Shown here: in pieces, positions 57,652 to 64,000 of the stretch
Position numbering within the stretch: the first letter of the stretch is position 1
Layout: every line of letters starts with the position of its first letter
Assembly (NCBI RefSeq): GCF_006345805.1
Contig: NC_043006.1
Location: forward strand, 98,208,001 to 98,272,000
Direction of reading: 5' to 3'
Origin: Octopus sinensis
Taxonomy: Eukaryota
Length of the DNA: 64,000 nucleotides
Translations under genes and position numbers: made by a program
Notes under the pieces: model-generated
Databases searched by the model: none
Told to the model about the DNA's origin: nothing
What the model saw: only the letters and a program-made list of their open reading frames with translations

Positions 57652-58151
57652 CTGTTTCAACACACGATTTCACATAAAAAATCTTGCACAACAAATATTT
57701 AAACGTATTTAATAACATATTTATCATTCTCCTGCTAAATTGAATAACATGTTCTCTAGTGTCTAGAATTTTTTCTACAAAGCATCTCTAGATTAAAACC
57801 GAAATGGTTGGAAATCTAGATTTTGCTTCATGTTGAGCTGAAAAAAAGATTTGGTTTATTAAGGAGATTAATCATCATTGAAGTAATACATATCAGTGCT
57901 GAATAAATTCTGCAAGACGGAAGATATGTTCAGATTCGGTGGCATTCGGATCATTCTAGAATATTTTGTCTTTGCTTTCGGCTTTCAGCAGTTTTTAGCA
58001 AATTTTGTAATCATATTTTGCTCGTGGTTTTAAAGGTAGGTACGATAAAAAGTGAGTATTAAATTTCCTTTTCCGCATGCAAATATACACATTCATAGAT
58101 ACACGCCTACACGCATATATATAAATATATAAATATGTATATATGTATATG

Positions 58152-58182
<31 letters not shown>

Positions 58183-58206
58183 CATACATACATACATATA
58201 TATATA

Positions 58207-58281
<75 letters not shown>

Positions 58282-59659
58282 TGCAGGTGCGCGTTTTAAT
58301 GTGTGGTTGTATGTATGAATATATATACGAATGTACTCGTAGATAAATATATATATGCAATAACACACCACACCGTCACGTCCAGGAAATTGACATTATG
58401 GTTACGAGTTGAACAACCTAACCACCAAACCACGCACCCTTACCCACTTTATATACAATAATATATATTGTGTAATCCTAAATTGGAATGTTTATAAATA
58501 TTGTTCTTTAGGAGCTGTTGAATATTGAATTTCTTTATATAAATATTGCCAAACGTATTGGAGAATACGTCGTTAGAAAGCCCTCCATTCGAAACTGAAT
58601 GTGAAGTGGCAATTATCCTTAGCGTACTCAGTTACATAATGCGATTTTTTTAATAGTTGCAGTTCAGTTTCTGCAATAGAAATTTTACATATTATAGATT
58701 GGCATCCTTTCCCGATGAAACTTTATACAACATAATATCAATGCTAGCGTGACATGTGGTAAGATCTGCCGCTATGGAATATTTGTTTCGCCATGGTACT
58801 ATTTAATTCGCTAGAAGCGTTTGGTTTCTTGATCATGTCGATGTATAGTAATATGGAAAATACATGCAATGCTTATCGAAACAGATATCGTGATACGCTC
58901 CATAACGGAACGTTATTGTAGTGAAATGTAATGGAGGATTGTATATGCAAAGAAAAGAAATCAAATATAAAATGTATTTCACAGATGATACAAATTTTAT
59001 AGCCACAAAAATGTGTTTGAAATCATAGCAACAGGGATGTATTCGGAATTAAAAAGAAAAATGCATATCATTATATTACATATTTCAATAGAAGTGTATG
59101 TAAAAGGAATTGAAAATACAGTGAAATACACGTTGACATACTACACCGAGGTAATCTGCCGTATATATTGTAAGTATACGAATCTTGCAAAACCTACGTG
59201 GGGATTCTATGTCGTATATTACATAAGCAATCGATGCCTTTGGTTGATAATAACGACAGACATATAACAAGTGAAATAGGAATGCTTAACATATATATTG
59301 CAGGAGAAACAGCGAAAGACTCGAAGACAAAAAGTAGAAATAATGAATATTAAAGGTATAGATAAAATAATTCAGAACATTACAAAGATTGTGTATACAG
59401 ATACATTTATACATATATGTAAAAATACGACAAACTACATGTAGGTATACACATATTGCTATTGACGCACAGCTATCATATATTCGAAGAATACTTGTAC
59501 TCATCATGTAAATTGTATGTATATGTCTGAGTCTATACGTAATTTATAGTTGGCGCCTAAATTCCCTGAACTCTATGACAATAAAATGACACGATACAGA
59601 GAGAATATTACTACAATAGTTCACAAGAGTACGTTCGTATTATCCACTGTTAGCATACC

Positions 59660-59706
<47 letters not shown>

Positions 59707-59728
59707 TATATACATATATATATGTATG

Positions 59729-59771
<43 letters not shown>

Positions 59772-60029
59772 TATCAACACCATACAATCAGTTGCATTAC
59801 CAAACGCTAGACAGCTTATTAAATATTACGTTATAAATATTTTATTTAATTTCATTTCACTTTACTTCGATAGAAAAACTGATGACTTCCTGCACCCGTA
59901 CATAAATAAGCAAACATAAATACTTCCATTTCATCAGACAAACTGTATTATTTATACTAATATGATACCCTGTACGCTACTGAAAGCGTTTATTTCTTTA
60001 CACTATACCCTCATAGATTTATGCACATC

Positions 60030-60470
60030 TTCTATTATTATTATTGAGTGAGAGATCAGTGCATGCCATCAAAGTGACACTGGGGTAAAATATACGAAAT
60101 CCAGTACACCCATCATGACTACGTCTGATAAGGGTACACTAGGCACATGCATCACAACCATATATGCGCGACATGGTGATCTCATATCAAGATAAACAGC
60201 GCTTGACCTTGCAGGTGGGGCTCAGCTAGAATTTTCTTCTGGTCGAGTAACATATCCCGCTCAAAAGGTCCCTGAATAAGGGTTGTTTAAGGATGTTGAA
60301 AGAAACACCCATGTTTCCAGAGGTGAATTATTCAAACCCCAAAGAATCCTTCTCAACACATGGCTATGATGCTCCGCCACTACTTCTGCTCGTAATCAGA
60401 GATGCACATATCGTGAGCCAATAAGGGTCATGCTCAACTAGTTAAGTTCAAACAACTGACAAGTAAATCT
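60030..60470. mobile_element. GC-richer interspersed repeat abutting a (TTA)n run, class uncertain
   Basis: Sharp compositional change after tattattattattg; looks like a non-coding end of a non-LTR element. Confidence 0.45.
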
Positions 60471-60799
60471 CGTAGCAAAAGTTTAGTTCTATATTATTGA
60501 TTTTTTTTCTATAGCCTATTCATCCCAAACTTATCCTTTTAAATAAACGAAGTTCCCTTGTTTATTAGTATTTGATCTGTGGAAATTTATGTGGTTTGAT
60601 AAAGAGGGAAGAGAAAAAATATGTGAGGATTGGGTCCTTTGCCTCCGTTCAAATCTTCACTGAATAAGATTTGTCTAGTCCTGGTATTGGTTGTTATTGA
60701 ATCGGCAATCTCATTCTTAAGGTGGATTTGGTTTCGTGGATGTAATCTCTGCTGCATCCATTTCATTTAAAGGTATATATTAAATTTTATAAAGAAAAG

Positions 60800-62110
60800 T
60801 AATGTTTTTTCACAGTTGAAATATTGTCCCAATTTATATATATATATATGTCTGTCCTTAATAAGTTTGTCACGTGCTCTGTAAGTGAACACAACAAATC
60901 ATTTTCATTTGAGGATTTCAGTTGTAATTTGAGTTTCATTACTCAATATTTTTACTCAGTATATTTCAATGCCAGTTTCATTGGTTTTTGCTCAAAATGG
61001 ATATGCTGTGAGGTATCGGGCCGAATGTTTCAATGTTTATTGAGCTGTTTGTGTGTTGGAGTGAAAGATAATATTTTGCCTATATATGTGCGTATATGTG
61101 TGTGTATGCTTCTATGTGCGTACTTGTATGTTTGTGAGCACGCGTACTTGTGTACATGTATGAACAGAATGTTTGTATGGTTAAGCAGAACGCTCAACAA
61201 TCATCTTGTCTCAACTTTGATTCCAGTGCATCACATCGGGCTAAGAGTATTTTCTGTAGTTGTGGATTGACCAATACCTTCTAAATGAAACTGGGTTGAT
61301 GAACATTTAGAGAAACTTGTTTGATATGTGAAAATCTAAATCATGTTTGAATATTATTAAGCACAATCTCACGTTGACTCTACCTCAGAATACATCCGAG
61401 CGTCTGGAATATGGAACAGTGTCTGGTACTAATAGCTAAAGCGAAAGCATGAGGTTTATGGAGTACCTATGCCGGCAATTTGCCTGTGTTTCGGAAAATT
61501 CAATGCATAAATATATTACTCAGTAGATATAGGGAATGTTATGATAGAGTCCTCGTGAGGTCCATTGAGTGTTTTCTCCCTCCGATTTTCACAGTGATAG
61601 ACAATCCAAACATCTCTAGTAGTTTAAGGTGCTCTTTGCCTATGGATGTTTCTCTTTGTGTTGCTGAGTGGTTTTTAAGTTCGTCTGCAGCTGAGAGATT
61701 TGAGATGTGTATGTGCCGATTAGAGAGGGCTTTGTCACTCTCAATTCAGGAAACGTAGTAGATTTTTTACGTAAGGTCTAGATTACGTGTGGGTAACTCG
61801 TAGATAGAAGAACGTAAGTGAAACTTTTGTCGAGATGAAACTTACAAGCTGTTTCTCTATGGAATAAATCTTTTGGTATAGTCTTAATCCATGCGATATA
61901 TGCGTTGCGCTACTTAATCATATCACTGTGTAGTAATAGGGAAAATACATGCAATGTAAAAGGTGGTCCATAGAACAAACAAATCTATCACCACGGAAAC
62001 GATAATCTGAGAGCACCGCAAAAAGGACAGGGTTTGAAATTAAAAAAGAAAATAAGTTGGTAACCCTCGGAGATATATATGGTACACATTCTAAGAAGAT
62101 TAAACTTCTC
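60800..62110 (-). mobile_element. Highly decayed Penelope-like fragment (RT thumb to endonuclease) interrupted by a SINE
   Basis: Minus-strand remnants resembling the thumb (ISHGLRLYQKIYSIEK, similar to PYSQALRLRRICS) and the endonuclease C-terminus; many stops. Confidence 0.45.
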
Positions 62111-62242
62111 TGTCTCTTACATACAAACACTCACATATAGACACACACTCGCACACAGACACACACAGATACGCACACACAGTCACACGCCTACACACAC
62201 ACGCGCATGACATATGCATTTATATCTAGATCAAATTATATC

Positions 62243-62281
<39 letters not shown>

Positions 62282-62460
62282 AGATAAGTGGTACAACAAG
62301 GCACCAGTACTTACTGAGAAATAGCAATCGATACAAATACGACGCTATTGTATAGCTTCACTGCATATTTACTAGCAAAGACGTGTGTGTGCAACAAACA
62401 TGAAAAATGTGTCTTACCGCTAGGAAGAACATTCGATAAATGGAGAACCTAGAATCGGAT

Positions 62461-62533
62461 AATGCAGGACCGGTTTCTGACTCTTCAAAAATGTTTGACT
62501 ACAAAAATTTGATTAGTCTTCATCAGCTGCATT
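62461..62533 (-). ncRNA. Minimal type-I hammerhead ribozyme (candidate, GUC site)
   Basis: aatgcag-CTGATGA-agact..agtca-GAAA-CCGG-TC-ctgcatt; perfect 7-bp stem I and palindromic CCGG loop. Confidence 0.8.
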
Positions 62534-63039
62534 TACCTAGACAAAATTTAAAATGTTGTCACATCAATGCCAGTATACTCGCCTGAACGCCTATATATGA
62601 GTGATGAAGTTATACTAAACTACTAAAATCTACGTGGGATTCTACATCGCATATTTTACATGAGGAATGCCGTTAGTTGCTAATAACGTCAGCTAGGTAT
62701 AATAACCGAAACACGAATGCTCTGTATATACATTGCAGGAGAATCTGTGAAGACGAAAAGATAAAATTAGAAAGAATGGATATGAAAGTTATAGGTAAGC
62801 AAATATTTCAGAACATTGTTGGAAACGCTGGGAATAGAAATGCACATACATGAACACTGGAAAATACATGAAAATATACATAGATATTCGCACAAAAATA
62901 TATATCCCTTCATCAGAGACGGTGCGAGAACATGTTTGAGTATTAATTATTGCAGAGAAAATATGAAACATAGAGGGAAGTAAGAGAATGAATATAAATG
63001 TGCAAATCCATTAATCAAGTGGAATTGTATTTATAAGGG

Positions 63040-63500
63040 GTGAAAAACATTTTGGTGAAGACATTTTCTTGTACCTAGTGTGTGAAAAAACTAATGGTGT
63101 CTGAAATCTGGTAAGTCAATTACAGCGGATGCATATGTCAGCCAATTGGTCGAAATGATGAGTAAACTTGCAATGAAACAACCGATATCGGTCAATAGGG
63201 AGAGGCCGATTATCTTACAAGATGGTGATCTACCACGTTGCAGAAAGAACGCTACTCATGTTGCAGGAACTGCAACTGTCATCCACCATGTTCACTAGAC
63301 CTTGCACCAACTGACTATCACGTTTTCTAGGCAATAGATGATTTTTTGCAAGGAACAAACTTCAAATCTCAAGATGCAAAAACAGCATTTCGTGATTCCA
63401 TCACCTCATGGTCTCGAGAATTCTTCGCTGCCGTCATAAGTAAGCTGCCGATATAGTAGCAAAATTGTGTTGGTAATTTAGGTGCACACTTTGATTAACT
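63040..63500 (+). mobile_element. Mariner transposase remnant
   Basis: PIILQDG, SLDLAPTDYHVF, and QNCVGNLGAHFD-stop terminus. Confidence 0.8.
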
Positions 63501-63567
63501 GCATTGGTTTTTGTTGAGATTGTTCTTAATGAGCTGTTATATTCACACACACATACACACACACACA

Positions 63568-63614
<47 letters not shown>

Positions 63615-64000
63615 CACGTACCGTATATATACGAGTGAGATGCACAATATCCGCCTGATATATTCTCATCCAATTTCTTCTGCAAGAATATGGAAATCGA
63701 TTCTAATGCTTCTTTCTTTATGTTCAATTCCCTCGGCTATATTGAATAGTTGTTGGAAACTTGGTTTCTTTATCTATATCGGATCAGTGAATATACTACC
63801 AATAGTTGTGAGCTGTTGTTGACTAAAACGTTTACTCTGAATGCTGAACCATACAATATAACAATAATCATAATTCAGGGGGTTATTTTCAATATAAAGC
63901 ACATGTTTTTAATGTCTTTCCTTTTACAGGATTGTGGTGTATATTTGCAGCATATTGAGAGGCAAAATTTTAGCTGCTTGGTCGACCTCTCATATACTTT

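Noticed and set aside
56749-57727. Pair of hydrophobic membrane-protein ORFs on opposite strands
   Set aside because: They are mirror images produced by the T-rich inverted repeat.
59092-59355. Two phase-compatible exon candidates (VYVKGIENTVKYTLTYYTE / EKQRKTRRQKVEIMNIK)
   Set aside because: They fall in a segment homologous to the repeat at 62.5-62.8 kb, where the frame is not conserved.

Overview
AT-rich, microsatellite-dense eukaryotic DNA. The SINE types and repeat content suggest an octopus or related coleoid cephalopod (inference). No intact protein-coding gene can be established; most ORF-track entries are (TA)n/(CA)n/(CTAT)n translation artefacts. The window is mainly decayed mobile elements: at least four Penelope-like retroelement remnants (RT and/or GIY-YIG), Tc1/mariner transposases with four catalytic spacings (DD34E, DD34D, DD36E, DD37D), a Gypsy/Mag-like LTR element with both LTRs, L1/Tx1, RTE, R4/Dong-like and Jockey/CR1-like LINE fragments, tRNA-derived SINEs, and a 7 x 123-bp tandem array. 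The most notable signal, read by eye, is about nine minimal type-I hammerhead-ribozyme-like loci. Several have an intact core and several carry unusual core variants (G3-C8, U4C, A9C). They sit in (TA)n-bounded elements that repeatedly form inverted or foldback duplications, from about 40 bp up to about 1 kb arms. A few weak + strand exon candidates of an unidentified host gene may be present.
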